Below, in pieces: positions 39,595-50,290 of a DNA stretch of 64,000 nucleotides. The stretch covers positions 928,001 to 992,000 of the forward strand of contig CBDCRP010000003.1 in assembly GCA_965221165.1 (NCBI GenBank), read 5' to 3'. The stretch comes from a bacterium. Lineage in GTDB: Bacteria > UBA8248. The notes beneath the pieces were generated by a model. That model saw only the letters and a program-made list of their open reading frames with translations. It did no database searches and had not been told where the DNA came from. The stretch's first letter is position 1; each line of letters starts with the position of its first letter. Both the position numbers and the translations under genes were made by a program.

Positions 39595-40923
39595 ATGAAT
39601 GCCCACGACCTCAAAGGCTGGCTTGCGCACCTCGAACGGGGGGGATTGGTCAAGCGCGTATCGCGCGGCGTTTCCCTGCGCCATGAACTCGCCGCTTTAT
39701 CGCAAAAAGCGGATGGCCAAACCGCTCTCATATTCGAGCGAACCGACGGCGCGCCGATGCCCATCGCCGCCAACATCGCCTGCAGGCGAGATTGGTACGC
39801 CGACGCCATGGGAGTGGTGCCCGGGGAATTGCTTCATGAGGTGCAGCGTAGACAGGAAATCAAGATAAAGCCCAACGTGGTTTCCGGTGCGCCGTTTCTC
39901 CACACGGTCATCACGAAAGAGATCGACGTTCAGAAAATTCTCCCCCTGCCCATCTACCATGAACTCGACGGCGGGCCCTACATTTCCGCCGGCGTCTTCA
40001 TCGCACAGGACCCCGATTCCGGGGCCGGCAACGTCTCGATTCACAGGATGCACGCCCTGGAACCCGACCTTTTCGGTCTGCTCGTCCTGCCGCGCCACCT
40101 GAAGGGGATGATAAGGCGCGCCGCCGAGCGCGGAGAACCCCTTAGAGCGGCTGTCTGCGTAGGATTAGATCCCCTGCTCCTGATGGCGAGCCAACTCGTG
40201 CTCGCCCCCGGAGAAGACGAACTAGAAGCGGCGGGCGGCTTGAGGGGCCGCGCCGTGGACGTCGCCCCCGCCCCCTGGTCGGGGATTCCCGTGCCGGCGG
40301 GCGCTGAAATCGTGATCGAGGGGGAGATTCCGCCCGACGAGCGCAGGCGGGAGGGTCCTTTCGGCGAGTTTCCGCGCTACTACAGCCCGGCGGGAGATCG
40401 GGAAGTCTTCCGGGTGAAATCCATCGCCATGCGCGAGAGCTCAGTTTTTTATTCCATCGTGGCGGCGGGGTATGACCATCTGCTGATGGGCGCCGTGCCC
40501 AGGGAGGCGGGACTCCTGCGAGACATCCAGAAGGCGGTTCCGTCCGTGACGGACGTCGTACTCCCCCTCTCCGGCGCGGGCCGTTTCCACTGCGTGATCC
40601 AAATGCGAAAAACAAACGAGGGGGAAGCGAAAAGCGCCCTCATGGCGGCGCTCGCCGCGCATTACGACGTCAAGCACGCCATCTGCGTGGATCACGACAT
40701 CGACATCCACAACCCGGCGCAGGTCGACTGGGCGCTGGCGACGCGCTTTCAGGCGGATAAGGATTTGTTCACCGTTCCCGGCGCCTGGGGCAGCCGCCTC
40801 GACCCCTCCGCCGAGGGCGGCGTCACGGCGAAGATGGGCCTGGACGCCACGGCCCCTCTGGGCGGGCTGGACGGCCATTTCCGCTCTCTCAAGATTCCAG
40901 GCGCCGAGGACGCGGAATTTTAG
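39595..40923 (+). CDS. UbiD family prFMN-dependent (de)carboxylase
   Basis: DGGPYI, NVSIHR, EGPFGEF, DLDPS-like RLDPS, KMGLDAT. Confidence 0.9.
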   Translation: MNAHDLKGWLAHLERGGLVKRVSRGVSLRHELAALSQKADGQTALIFERTDGAPMPIAANIACRRDWYADAMGVVPGELLHEVQRRQEIKIKPNVVSGAPFLHTVITKEIDVQKILPLPIYHELDGGPYISAGVFIAQDPDSGAGNVSIHRMHALEPDLFGLLVLPRHLKGMIRRAAERGEPLRAAVCVGLDPLLLMASQLVLAPGEDELEAAGGLRGRAVDVAPAPWSGIPVPAGAEIVIEGEIPPDERRREGPFGEFPRYYSPAGDREVFRVKSIAMRESSVFYSIVAAGYDHLLMGAVPREAGLLRDIQKAVPSVTDVVLPLSGAGRFHCVIQMRKTNEGEAKSALMAALAAHYDVKHAICVDHDIDIHNPAQVDWALATRFQADKDLFTVPGAWGSRLDPSAEGGVTAKMGLDATAPLGGLDGHFRSLKIPGAEDAEF

Positions 40924-41029
40924 ACGGCTCGACGCACTCCTCACCACGCAAGACGGCCAAACCTCCCCAATAGAGCATCAACGGGAAAATGTCATGCGCG
41001 GCTGCGCCCTTTTAGCTCGTGAAATCGGG

Positions 41030-41600
41030 AATGATGCAAGCAGGCACGGGGACTTGTCCATACGGCATCAATCTTGAGCGATGAGGGAGGTTTTTATTTT
41101 CTTGTAGGGGCGGACCCCTGTGCCTATCCGCATTTGTTTTAGGTTTTCAATGTAATGTAGGGGCCGCATATATGCGGCCCTTTTGTGGCTTTTGAAAAAG
41201 CCCCTTTGGGGTTGGCTTGCGGGTCGCATGTATGCAACCCCTACACCCCGAATATGCAATGATGGAATGCGTCGGACATATGGGGCCGCCCCTACAACCC
41301 CCCCCTCATAGCTGGGGCTTGATCCACTGCCGTCATTCCGGCGAAAGCCGGAATCCAAAAAGAGACGAGGTGCGCATATTGCGGCATTCCCATTTCTCGA
41401 TGTTCGGGTCGTAAATGACAGTATAAAAACGAAAGGCAAATGGATTCCGGCTTTCGCCGGAATGACGAACAAATCCGAACCACCTCGTATGGACAGGTCG
41501 CGGCCTCGGACAGGCACAGGGGCCTGTCCCTACAATACGAAGAGCCGAAAAACCTCGCTTCCCACTCGGGTTTTGCCACTTGTCGTTGCCCCTACCCTGT
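41030..41600. repeat. REP-like mosaic between convergent genes
   Basis: GTAG REPs plus GTCATTCCGGCGAAAGCCGGAATCCA..TGGATTCCGGCTTTCGCCGGAATGAC doublet like that at 17687-17827. Confidence 0.85.
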
Positions 41601-41643
41601 TTCTCCTTTGCCGGATGGACGGCAGTGTCGGAGAGAAACCGCC

Positions 41644-42606
41644 TTATTCCAGATTCAGGTGCGGCAGCACCTCCCGGGTGAATCGCTCCAGTTGGCCCAT
41701 CTGATCCTTATGCGTGAAGCGCAGGGAGATGTGCTCCGCCCCCGCATCGATGAAGGCGTTGATGCGCTCTATCAAATCATCGGCGGGGCCATACGTTCCC
41801 CACTTCTCGATGGAATCGCCCCAGAATGGGGTGTAGTAATAATCGAGCAAGAATTCCTCGCCGTTTTTCATGGCGGATTCCTTGTCGTCGTCGATACAAG
41901 TCGTCATGTACCACGCGGGCGTGCCCGGGTCGCGCTTATTCTCCCCGGCGAGCCGGGTAATCTTTCCCCAGGTTTCGCGAAACTCCTCGGGCGTCACGCG
42001 GTTGGGGAACCACCCGTCTCCATACCTGGCAACCCGCTGCCATGCGGTGTCCACCACGGCGGAGGCGATCCACATGGGCACGGTTTTCTGGATGGGCCTG
42101 TGCGCCAGCGTCACGTCGCGCGCCTGGTAATACCTGCCCAGATAAGTCACGTTCTCCTCCGTCCAGAGCCTTCGCATGAGCGTCATGTGTTCCTGCATAT
42201 AGAACATGCGCTTTCTGAACGGAACGCCCAGGGTCTCGAACTCATGCTCGCACTCCTGGGGTTTCGGCGGGCCGATGCCGACGCCGAGAATCACGCGGCC
42301 GCCCGAGATGACGTCGAGCGTCGCCACCTGATAGGCGAGAAAGACGGGGTCTCTGAGACAGGGCAGAAAGACAGCGGTGCCGAGCTTTACGCGCTTTGTT
42401 CTCACGGCGACGGCAGAGAGCACGCTGAGCGCCTCGAGCCTCGGCTTGGCGAGCACCGAATCGCCCACGAACACCGAATCGTAGCCGAGTTCCTCGGCAC
42501 TCACGGCCAAGTCGATGATGGGGCCGACTTCCGGCACACCTTCGTTCCACAGCAGCACCCCACGCGTGGGGAGAAGCACGCCGAGTTTTACTTTTCTATC
42601 CGTCAC
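41644..42606 (-). CDS. LLM-class flavin-dependent oxidoreductase
   Basis: GVLLPTR, GYDSVFVGDS, TLDVISGGR. Confidence 0.9.
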   Translation of the reverse strand: MTDRKVKLGVLLPTRGVLLWNEGVPEVGPIIDLAVSAEELGYDSVFVGDSVLAKPRLEALSVLSAVAVRTKRVKLGTAVFLPCLRDPVFLAYQVATLDVISGGRVILGVGIGPPKPQECEHEFETLGVPFRKRMFYMQEHMTLMRRLWTEENVTYLGRYYQARDVTLAHRPIQKTVPMWIASAVVDTAWQRVARYGDGWFPNRVTPEEFRETWGKITRLAGENKRDPGTPAWYMTTCIDDDKESAMKNGEEFLLDYYYTPFWGDSIEKWGTYGPADDLIERINAFIDAGAEHISLRFTHKDQMGQLERFTREVLPHLNLE

Positions 42607-42614
42607 GTTGAGGC

Positions 42615-43997
42615 CTAGAGGCGGATGCCCGCGCTCGCGAGGATTCCGCGCACGCGCTCTCGCTGCGCGTCGGGTATATGGAGCCGTTCCGCGAAATCGC
42701 GTCCCGCGGGCTTCGTGGCGTCGATGCCCACTTTCGTCAGGGTGTGATCCTCGGGGTCCGAGGTCGGGTCCAGGATGGCGCCCATCGCCCCATGGATGAA
42801 GTTGATGTCCTTATCCGCCCGCGTTCTCGTGATGACCGCCCAGGCGACGTCGGAGAGATTGAAGATGTCCACGTCCTCATCGACGACCACCACGCATTTG
42901 CAGTAAAACTCGGTTCCGAGCGCCGCCATGATGGCCTGCTGCGGCTGGCCTTCGGCCGTTTTTTTCATCTGCACGATGGCCAAGAGCGCGCCCGCCGTGG
43001 TCGAGGGAACGTGCACGGCCGATACGCCCGGCAGGTTGCGTTTGAGCGTGTTCAGGATTTCCGCCTCGCGGCTCACGCAGGAGATGAGTATATGGTCCGC
43101 CGACATGCCCGAGGCCACGCTGTGGAGCATGGCGTCGCCCCGCATCTGCACGCGCTTCACGACGAACACGTTTTGCGTGCTCCGGTAGGAAGCATAGCCG
43201 GTGAACTCGCCGAAGGGGCCTTCGGGTTCGCGCACCTCGGCCAGAATCTCTCCTTCCAGAACGATTTCCGCCCCCGCAGGCGCTTCCAGGTCCGCCGTGC
43301 CGCACCTGGCGACGCGATAGGGCTCGCCGAACAAGGCGCCGATGATCTCGTATTTCCGCACCCCCGGCGGGTAGTGATAGGCCATCGAACCCATGTAGTG
43401 AACCGGGTGAACGCCGATGACGACGGCCGCGGGCAGGGGCTTCCCTAAGTCTTCGGCTTTTTTGTGGAAATGGTACATCCGCCGCCTCGAGTGCAGGGAA
43501 AGCCCAAGCCTGTTTTTTCCCTTGAGCTGCAAGCGGTGAAAACCCGTGGTGTCGACACCCGTCTCGGGGTCTCGTGCCACGATTTGGCCCGCCGTGATGT
43601 AGGGAGCCGCATCCACGGGAAAATGGAAGGGGATGGGGAGTTTATTGAGGTCCACCTCGTCTTCTTCCAGCACGACTTCGCGCCAGGGGGCGTCCTCCAC
43701 CACCTCCACGGGCCGGTAATTCTGGCAGCGATCCTTGTACGCCGTCGGCAATTCGCCCGGCTCCACGTCGAGACACGCCGCCAGGAGATCCCGGTTGGCC
43801 GCGATGTTGGTGACGACCGAACCCTCGAAACCCTCCACGTGCTCGAAGAGGATGACGGGGTATCTGCCCGCGCGCTCGAACTCGAACACCGTGGCCGTGA
43901 TGTCCTCCCTGCCGACGGGTTCTTTGATGCGCACCAGTTCTTCGGGGTGGTTTCGCTCCACCATCTCCAGGAAGCCGCGCAGGCTTTGGTCTACCAT
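42615..43997 (-). CDS. UbiD family prFMN-dependent (de)carboxylase
   Basis: DAAPYIT, TTGFHR, EGPFGEFTGY, LDPT, KVGIDAT; true start MVDQSLR. Confidence 0.9.
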   Translation of the reverse strand: MVDQSLRGFLEMVERNHPEELVRIKEPVGREDITATVFEFERAGRYPVILFEHVEGFEGSVVTNIAANRDLLAACLDVEPGELPTAYKDRCQNYRPVEVVEDAPWREVVLEEDEVDLNKLPIPFHFPVDAAPYITAGQIVARDPETGVDTTGFHRLQLKGKNRLGLSLHSRRRMYHFHKKAEDLGKPLPAAVVIGVHPVHYMGSMAYHYPPGVRKYEIIGALFGEPYRVARCGTADLEAPAGAEIVLEGEILAEVREPEGPFGEFTGYASYRSTQNVFVVKRVQMRGDAMLHSVASGMSADHILISCVSREAEILNTLKRNLPGVSAVHVPSTTAGALLAIVQMKKTAEGQPQQAIMAALGTEFYCKCVVVVDEDVDIFNLSDVAWAVITRTRADKDINFIHGAMGAILDPTSDPEDHTLTKVGIDATKPAGRDFAERLHIPDAQRERVRGILASAGIRL

Positions 43998-44008
43998 GTC
44001 GCGTCTCT

Positions 44009-44800
44009 TTATTTGGCCCAGGAGCCGCGATCCGTATAGGGATTCTCGAGGGGCGGCAGGGGAGGAGCGCCGTCGCGGGGTGGTTCCTCGTCCCAGAACT
44101 CGATGGCGATGACGCGCGCGGGCGCGCCTTCGGTGTCCTTGATCTTCACCGCGCCCGTCACGAGCAGGACGCGCTCTTTCTGGATGGCGCCCATGTTCGT
44201 GCACCACTCGATGAGGCATATCCCGCGTTCCAGAAACTTGATGTGGTTGGGGCTCCAGTTCGGGGCGGGCCACTTGCGCTCCTCGGGGGGATAGAGCGGC
44301 GAGTCGCACGTCATGAAATCCTGCACGAGCGCCTTGATTCCCTTGTCGATGAGCCAATCGGCCGCGTCGGTCGAGAGATAGACCATGTGCTCCCAGAAAT
44401 CGCGCGACCCCCACATGCGGTCGGTCCATTCCGTGCTGACGATGGCGATGTCGCCGGGGCGCACCTCCACCCCCGTGGCTTCCAGGTCCTCGGCCGTCAC
44501 GGTCTCGGAATTGCCCTTGCCCGGCACCTTCAGCACGCAGGCGTCGCCGCATACGTGATCGAGCGGCAACTCGTCGTTCTTCAGCCCGTCGTGAAAAAAG
44601 TGATAGGGCGCGTCGTAGTGCGTGTAGCTCTGCGTGGTGGTGGTGAAGCCGAAGTTGCAGATGTGGTCCACGTCCAGCGTCGCGATGGGGGTGATGGTCG
44701 TGCCCGGAGCCGGCTTGTCGTAAATCTCATCACGCGGAAACTGAACGTAGGTATCTGCCGGGTCGACGGTGAGCGTGAGATCGACGAAGCGGTACGGCAT
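44009..44800 (-). CDS. Cyclase family (kynurenine formamidase-like) protein
   Basis: THYDAPYHF, CLIE, TEGAPARVIA. Confidence 0.85.
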   Translation of the reverse strand: MPYRFVDLTLTVDPADTYVQFPRDEIYDKPAPGTTITPIATLDVDHICNFGFTTTTQSYTHYDAPYHFFHDGLKNDELPLDHVCGDACVLKVPGKGNSETVTAEDLEATGVEVRPGDIAIVSTEWTDRMWGSRDFWEHMVYLSTDAADWLIDKGIKALVQDFMTCDSPLYPPEERKWPAPNWSPNHIKFLERGICLIEWCTNMGAIQKERVLLVTGAVKIKDTEGAPARVIAIEFWDEEPPRDGAPPLPPLENPYTDRGSWAK

Positions 44801-44962
44801 GGCATTCCCCCTGTTGGAGCGAACGGATTTTGGAATATAAGGCTCCCGCCGTCCATCAAAAGACGGACGGCGGGAGTGAAACCTTCATCTATGAACCGAT
44901 ACTTGTTCTCGTTCTTGCTTTTCGCTCGGCGGAATTCCTCTTCCCACCGCTTGAGTCATCAA

Positions 44963-45940
44963 CTAATTCCAGCCCTTCTCCTTGCAGTAGCGGGCCGCGC
45001 CGTCATGAAACGGTATGCCCATCTGCGATTCCTTGCAGCCGGTTTTCGCCGGGTCGAAGCCCCTGAGACCCTTATGCCCCGCCCGCAGGTCTTTGACGTT
45101 GTCGAGCAGCGCCTTCACGATATTGTACGCCGCGTCGTTGCTCAGGGCGGTGGAGGCGAGGACCGCGGTTGTGAAGCCGAACGTGTTCTTGGGCTTCTTC
45201 TGCCCCGGGAACGTGTTGGCCGGCATGGTGGCTTTCAGGAAGCCGATGCCCAAAAGCTTGTTGCGGAACTCATCGGCGATGCCTAAGAATTTCAGCTTTT
45301 TCTGGATCGCGATCGAGGTGAGCGCCGGGTGGCCCGCGTTCACGGTGTGGCTCAGCATGTCGGCCTGACCGTCCTTCATCCGGCTCTTGATCGCGCCGAA
45401 GCCGGTGTGCGTGGCCGACCCGCCCATCTTCTTGATGCCCTCATAGGTGATGCCGTGCGCTCCGAGCATGGCGCGCGTGGCCCACTGGCCCAGCCCTCCG
45501 CGCGGAACCGTCACGTAGTTCACGGGCACTTTCTTGAGATCGAGGATGCCGTTCACCTTGGGGTTCGTGGTGACGATGCCCAGGTAGTATTGGTCCAGGC
45601 CGCCGATCAGCCCCCGCAGGTTCTTGTAGGGCTTCTTGTAGGCCACCTTGCCCTGATACGCCCAGGCCGCCGCCACGCTGAAAGTAAGCCCCATGTTGAA
45701 CTTGCCGGTGCCGACGAGCTTGGGGTTGCCCACGCCGCCGCCTTTGGAGAGGGCGTCTATCTGAACGCCCACTTTCGCGTTGTTCACGATGTTCGCCATG
45801 GTGGCCGAATACACGTGCCAGCCGCTGCCTTTTTTCCAACTGCCCATGGTGAGGCGGTCGGCCGCTTCGGCCTGAGCGGCCAGGAAGACCCCCAAGGCCA
45901 CCGCGAGAACGAAACCCATTTTCCAGGATGTGCGCTTCAT
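44963..45940 (-). CDS. TAXI family TRAP solute-binding protein
   Basis: Signal peptide, GGGVGN, IPFHDGAARY. Confidence 0.88.
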   Translation of the reverse strand: MKRTSWKMGFVLAVALGVFLAAQAEAADRLTMGSWKKGSGWHVYSATMANIVNNAKVGVQIDALSKGGGVGNPKLVGTGKFNMGLTFSVAAAWAYQGKVAYKKPYKNLRGLIGGLDQYYLGIVTTNPKVNGILDLKKVPVNYVTVPRGGLGQWATRAMLGAHGITYEGIKKMGGSATHTGFGAIKSRMKDGQADMLSHTVNAGHPALTSIAIQKKLKFLGIADEFRNKLLGIGFLKATMPANTFPGQKKPKNTFGFTTAVLASTALSNDAAYNIVKALLDNVKDLRAGHKGLRGFDPAKTGCKESQMGIPFHDGAARYCKEKGWN

Positions 45941-45998
45941 GTCGAAAACTCCTCTGTTGGAAAAAACACGAATTGTTCCGCCTATAATGCGTTTTTCG

Positions 45999-47870
45999 CT
46001 AAGAAACCGGACCCGCCGATTCTACAGCGAGGGCGCTTTTCTTGGCGCGCACCATATGGCGCCAGAAAACAATGACCAGCAAAACGGAGCCGATGACGTC
46101 CGTCAACTTCTCGGGAACGATCAGCCCCAGGCAGCAGATAAAGAAAACCGCCCGCTCCCAAGCCGCCAGGGGGAGCGATACGTGCCCGGTAATTGCCGCC
46201 GCCAGGGCCGCCACACCGATGATGCAGGTGATCGACACCCAGAGCGTCTCGCCGAGCGGACCGATGAACAGCATGGACGGATTATATACGAACGCGAAGG
46301 GAATGAGAAATCCCGCCAAAGAAAGCTGAAACGCCTTCCAGCCCGTGGCGGTCAAGTCCGAATTGGCCACGCCCGAGGCGACGTAGGCCGATAGCGCCAC
46401 CGGCGGCGTCAGCATCGAGAGTATGGCGAAATAGTAGATGAACATATGCGCCGCCAGAACGGGAAGCCCGAGCTTGAAGAGCGCGGGCCCCAAAAGCGTG
46501 CCCGCCATGATGTAGGCGGCGGCCGTGGGCATCCCCATGCCCATGATGACGCAGCCGATGAGCGTGAGAACCAGTGCGGGCAGGACCATGCCGCCCGAGA
46601 TGTTGACGATGAGGCCCGAGAATTTGAGCCCCAGGCCCGTATCGTCCACCACGCCGACCACGACGCCCGCGATTGCGCAGGGAACCGCGACGGGGACCGT
46701 CATGCGCCCGGCCTTCTCGAGCGCTTCGATTATCTTTTCGGGCCCCATGCGCGTCGCCCTGCGCACCCAGCTGAGCACTACCACGCCGATGGCCGCCGAG
46801 GTGGCCGACCACATCAAAGTGAAACCGGCGATCATGTAGCCCAAGAGCAGGATGATCGGCAAAAGCAGAAGACCGCGCTCCAAGATGATGCTCTTGAGCT
46901 CGGGCATCTCGTCTTTGCTCAATCCTTTGAGGCTCAGCTTTTTCGCCTCGAGATCGACCATGAAGAACAGAGAGACGTAGTAGATGACGGCCGGAATGGC
47001 CGCCGCGCCCGCCACCCTCAAATAAGGGGTTCCCGTCATGTCGGCCAGGATGAAGGCCCCCGCGCCCATGATGGGCGGCATGAGCTGGCCGCCCGTTGAG
47101 GCCACCGCTTCCACCGCGCCCGCGTAATGGGGGGCGAAGCCCAGGCGCTTCATCAACGGAATTGTGAAGATGCCGGTTCCCACGACGTTCGCCGTCGCGC
47201 TGCCGCTGATGGTTCCCATGAGGCTGCTGCTCACTATCGCCGCCTTGGCCGGACCGCCCCGGAACGAACCGGTGAGCCGGATGGCCAGATCGATGAACAT
47301 GCGTCCGCCGCCCGAGACCTCGAGCGCCGCCGAGAAGAGCACGAAATAGAACACCACCTCCACGCTCACGCCAAGCGGAACGCCCAGTAGGCCCTCGATG
47401 CCCAGGATCTGAAACTCGATAAACTCGGGCAACTCGATGAAGCGGTGCCCCAGGGCGCCCGGAATCAAATGGCCCAGAAAATTATAGGCCAGCGCGATGA
47501 CGGCGACCGAGGTGACGCCCCAGCCGAGATAACGGCGCGAGGCCTCTACGGTCAGGAGGATATAAATAAGGCCCAGGTAGATATAGCGCACGGGAACTTC
47601 GTCCACGTCGCGGATGCGCTCGTTCAGGAAGTTCCACTCCCACAGATAGAGCAGCGCGATGACCATGGCGATGACGGTCAGGGCGTAATCGACCACGCCG
47701 ACGCGGCCTTCCTTGCGAAACGGTTTTGTGAGAAAGACTATCCCTAAGGCGAAGCTCAGATGAAGCGGTCTGGAGGTAAAAACATGCAGCATCCCGAAAA
47801 AGGCCCAGTAGAGCTGGATGACAGACCAGACGATGGCCAGCATGGCGATCGGGTTCAGGAACCGCTTCAT
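45999..47870 (-). CDS. TRAP transporter 4TM/12TM fused permease
   Basis: RGGPAK, SGSATANV, ASTGGQLMPPIMGA, GMGMPT, TPPV. Confidence 0.92.
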   Translation of the reverse strand: MKRFLNPIAMLAIVWSVIQLYWAFFGMLHVFTSRPLHLSFALGIVFLTKPFRKEGRVGVVDYALTVIAMVIALLYLWEWNFLNERIRDVDEVPVRYIYLGLIYILLTVEASRRYLGWGVTSVAVIALAYNFLGHLIPGALGHRFIELPEFIEFQILGIEGLLGVPLGVSVEVVFYFVLFSAALEVSGGGRMFIDLAIRLTGSFRGGPAKAAIVSSSLMGTISGSATANVVGTGIFTIPLMKRLGFAPHYAGAVEAVASTGGQLMPPIMGAGAFILADMTGTPYLRVAGAAAIPAVIYYVSLFFMVDLEAKKLSLKGLSKDEMPELKSIILERGLLLLPIILLLGYMIAGFTLMWSATSAAIGVVVLSWVRRATRMGPEKIIEALEKAGRMTVPVAVPCAIAGVVVGVVDDTGLGLKFSGLIVNISGGMVLPALVLTLIGCVIMGMGMPTAAAYIMAGTLLGPALFKLGLPVLAAHMFIYYFAILSMLTPPVALSAYVASGVANSDLTATGWKAFQLSLAGFLIPFAFVYNPSMLFIGPLGETLWVSITCIIGVAALAAAITGHVSLPLAAWERAVFFICCLGLIVPEKLTDVIGSVLLVIVFWRHMVRAKKSALAVESAGPVS

Positions 47871-48021
47871 GGAAATCCCGTCCCTTTGATGAGGCGTTTT
47901 CCGGAACAAACGCCAGACGCAACAGGAAGCGTCTCACACAAAATTACCAGCGCATTACGAGCGCGTGGGAACTGATTCTTACTTATCGGGCGATTTCATC
48001 CCCTACCATGCGGTGCCTAAC

Positions 48022-49206
48022 TCATTCCGCCCACGGGCGCGTGGTGGTCGTCGTGAGGAGTTCGCATCCATCATCGGTCACGAGCACCATCTGCTCGATG
48101 TTCGTGCCCCCCACCTCGGGCAGCACGAACTGCGGCTCCACGCAGAGCACCATGTTCCGCTCCAGTACCATCGCGTTGTCCGGCCTGATGATGGGCGCTT
48201 CCACGGTTTCCAGGCCGATGCCGTGCCCCGCCATGGGGAATAGATACTGCCCCGCCCCGTCCGCGTTATCATCCAGGAACCGGCTCGCCGCCGCATGAAC
48301 GTCCGAAGCCCTGGCGCCCGCTTGAGCTGCGCCCATCGCCGCTTCCGAGGTCGCGACCGTCAATTCCAGCATCTCCTCCACGCTTTTTTCAAGTTTCTTG
48401 CCGGGAACCACGGCGGTGCGGTTGACGTCGAATCCATAGCCTTCCACCGCACCCACGTAGTCGAAGCGAATCAGGTCGCCCGCCTCCAGTTTTCTTTGGG
48501 TCGCCTGCGGCCAGCGCGAACCCCAACTCGCCCACGGGCCGCTGTGAACGCGGACGTAGCGCACGAAATCAGCGCCCGCGCGCATCCCCGCCGCATGGCC
48601 CTCGGCGCACAGATCGCTCTCGCGCACACCTGGGCGAATTGCCTCGAAAATAGCGGCGTAGCCCGTCTCGACGATTTCCGCCGCGCGCTTGAGGTAGGCG
48701 ACCTCGGTTTCGCTCTTCCTCGCCCGAAGCCGCTCCACCAGGGCGTTCGCGTTCGAAAACCGCGCGTCGGGCAGCGCGGAGGTCAAGTCGATATACATCG
48801 TCGCCGGCATGATGTCCTCTCCGGCGACGCCCACACGCGCGCTCGCGGCTCCCAGGCGCTTGAGCTGATTTACCAGCCCGGCGGAGATGTTCGCCTCCAC
48901 CTGGACATTCTCGACGTGCACCATCTCGCGGCGATAGTTCCGGTGGTCCACGAAAAGCAGCGGCTCTTCTTCTAGCGGCAGGACGAGCACGCCGTGGCCC
49001 ATGCCGCGAACGGTCTCGCTGAACGCTCCCGGCGGAAACGGCGGAAAGTGGTTCGTGAGGTAGGTCAGGCTCCCCATGCGGTCATAAAATGAGCGCCCGA
49101 TGACGAGCAGAACGTCGAGTCCCTCCGTGCGCATGAGGCCGCGCGAATCCGAAATTCTCTTTTGTATTTCCTCGCGGGAAGCGCCCGTTCCGTTCTCTAA
49201 GACCAT
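48022..49206 (-). CDS. M24 family Xaa-Pro peptidase/creatinase-like protein
   Basis: RARKS..E, GHGIGLE, VEP. Confidence 0.88.
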   Translation of the reverse strand: MVLENGTGASREEIQKRISDSRGLMRTEGLDVLLVIGRSFYDRMGSLTYLTNHFPPFPPGAFSETVRGMGHGVLVLPLEEEPLLFVDHRNYRREMVHVENVQVEANISAGLVNQLKRLGAASARVGVAGEDIMPATMYIDLTSALPDARFSNANALVERLRARKSETEVAYLKRAAEIVETGYAAIFEAIRPGVRESDLCAEGHAAGMRAGADFVRYVRVHSGPWASWGSRWPQATQRKLEAGDLIRFDYVGAVEGYGFDVNRTAVVPGKKLEKSVEEMLELTVATSEAAMGAAQAGARASDVHAAASRFLDDNADGAGQYLFPMAGHGIGLETVEAPIIRPDNAMVLERNMVLCVEPQFVLPEVGGTNIEQMVLVTDDGCELLTTTTTRPWAE

Positions 49207-50250
49207 CTACCTGAACCTCGGCAAAAGTTCCGAGACGAAATTCTCCAGTTGCTCCTCCTGGCTGCCGCCCGCGAAGCGAACGACGAAAACGCGCGCGCCC
49301 TCCCCCGCATATTCCCGGAGCTGTTCTTCCGCCCTATCGCCATCCCCGGCGATGACGAGGAGTTGCTTGCGCACCTCATCGAACGTCTTGTGGTAGTACC
49401 TGGAGAGAAATTCCCCGCACTGCGCTTCCGCTTTTCCTCCGTCGGGATTCACGTTCATCGTCACGTAGAGGCATTGGGGAATTTTCTGAATCTCCCCGGC
49501 TCTGCCGGCCTCATCGGCATAGCCAAGAATCTTCTCCCAGCACCGGCGGTAGAGATCCGGGGTAATCGAATTCGTTATCCAGCCGTCGGCCAGGCGCGCC
49601 ACGCGCCTTAAGCCTGAATCCACCAGATTGCTCGATAGCCAGATCGGGGGGCCGCCGGGGGTTTTGGGTCGAGGTTCGAGCGCCACGCCGTCCAGGGCGA
49701 AATGCCTGCCCGCGTAATCCGCCCGGGATTCGCGCATGAGGAGCTTGAGTATCTCCACGGTCTCCGAGAAACGGCGCGCGCGTTCGTTCAGAGGCACGCC
49801 CATCGTCTCGAACTCGAACTTGAGGTCCGTGCGCCCCACGCCCAGGCCGGGGATGACGCGCCCGGGGAACATGCAGTCGAGCGTGCTCACCGATTGGGCG
49901 AGCATTACCGGGTGTCTGAGCGCGGCGAGCATCACCGCCGTACCCACCTGAACGCGCTCGGTCGAGGCGAGAACAGCCGCCCAGGTCGTGAAGCTCTCCA
50001 TGCGCGGCTTGGCCAGCACGCTGTCGCCGAGCCACACGGAATCGAGGCCGAGATTTTCGGCCTTTTTCGCGAGAGAAAAAACAGGTTCCGTATCCGGCGC
50101 TCCGCCCGCCGCCGCCACGACGACGCCGCGCGTGGGCAACAGATAGCCGAAATGAAAATTTCCCGCCTCATTCATGGAATCGAATCCCAACCTCATCGTT
50201 AAAGGACGGATGCCCTCATCTGGGGGCGAACGAAAATGCCAGATTTTCAT
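49207..50250 (-). CDS. LLM-class flavin-dependent oxidoreductase (start uncertain, possibly 50175)
   Basis: GYLLPTR, DSVWLGDSVLAKPR; paralog of 41644..42606. Confidence 0.88.
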   Translation of the reverse strand: MKIWHFRSPPDEGIRPLTMRLGFDSMNEAGNFHFGYLLPTRGVVVAAAGGAPDTEPVFSLAKKAENLGLDSVWLGDSVLAKPRMESFTTWAAVLASTERVQVGTAVMLAALRHPVMLAQSVSTLDCMFPGRVIPGLGVGRTDLKFEFETMGVPLNERARRFSETVEILKLLMRESRADYAGRHFALDGVALEPRPKTPGGPPIWLSSNLVDSGLRRVARLADGWITNSITPDLYRRCWEKILGYADEAGRAGEIQKIPQCLYVTMNVNPDGGKAEAQCGEFLSRYYHKTFDEVRKQLLVIAGDGDRAEEQLREYAGEGARVFVVRFAGGSQEEQLENFVSELLPRFR

Positions 50251-50290
50251 ACATTAGTAACACTTTTGGCGTTCCCCCGCAAAAACGCCG

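Noticed and set aside
43998-44552. N-terminal extension of the second UbiD (645-aa ORF)
   Set aside because: Shadow frame of the cyclase gene
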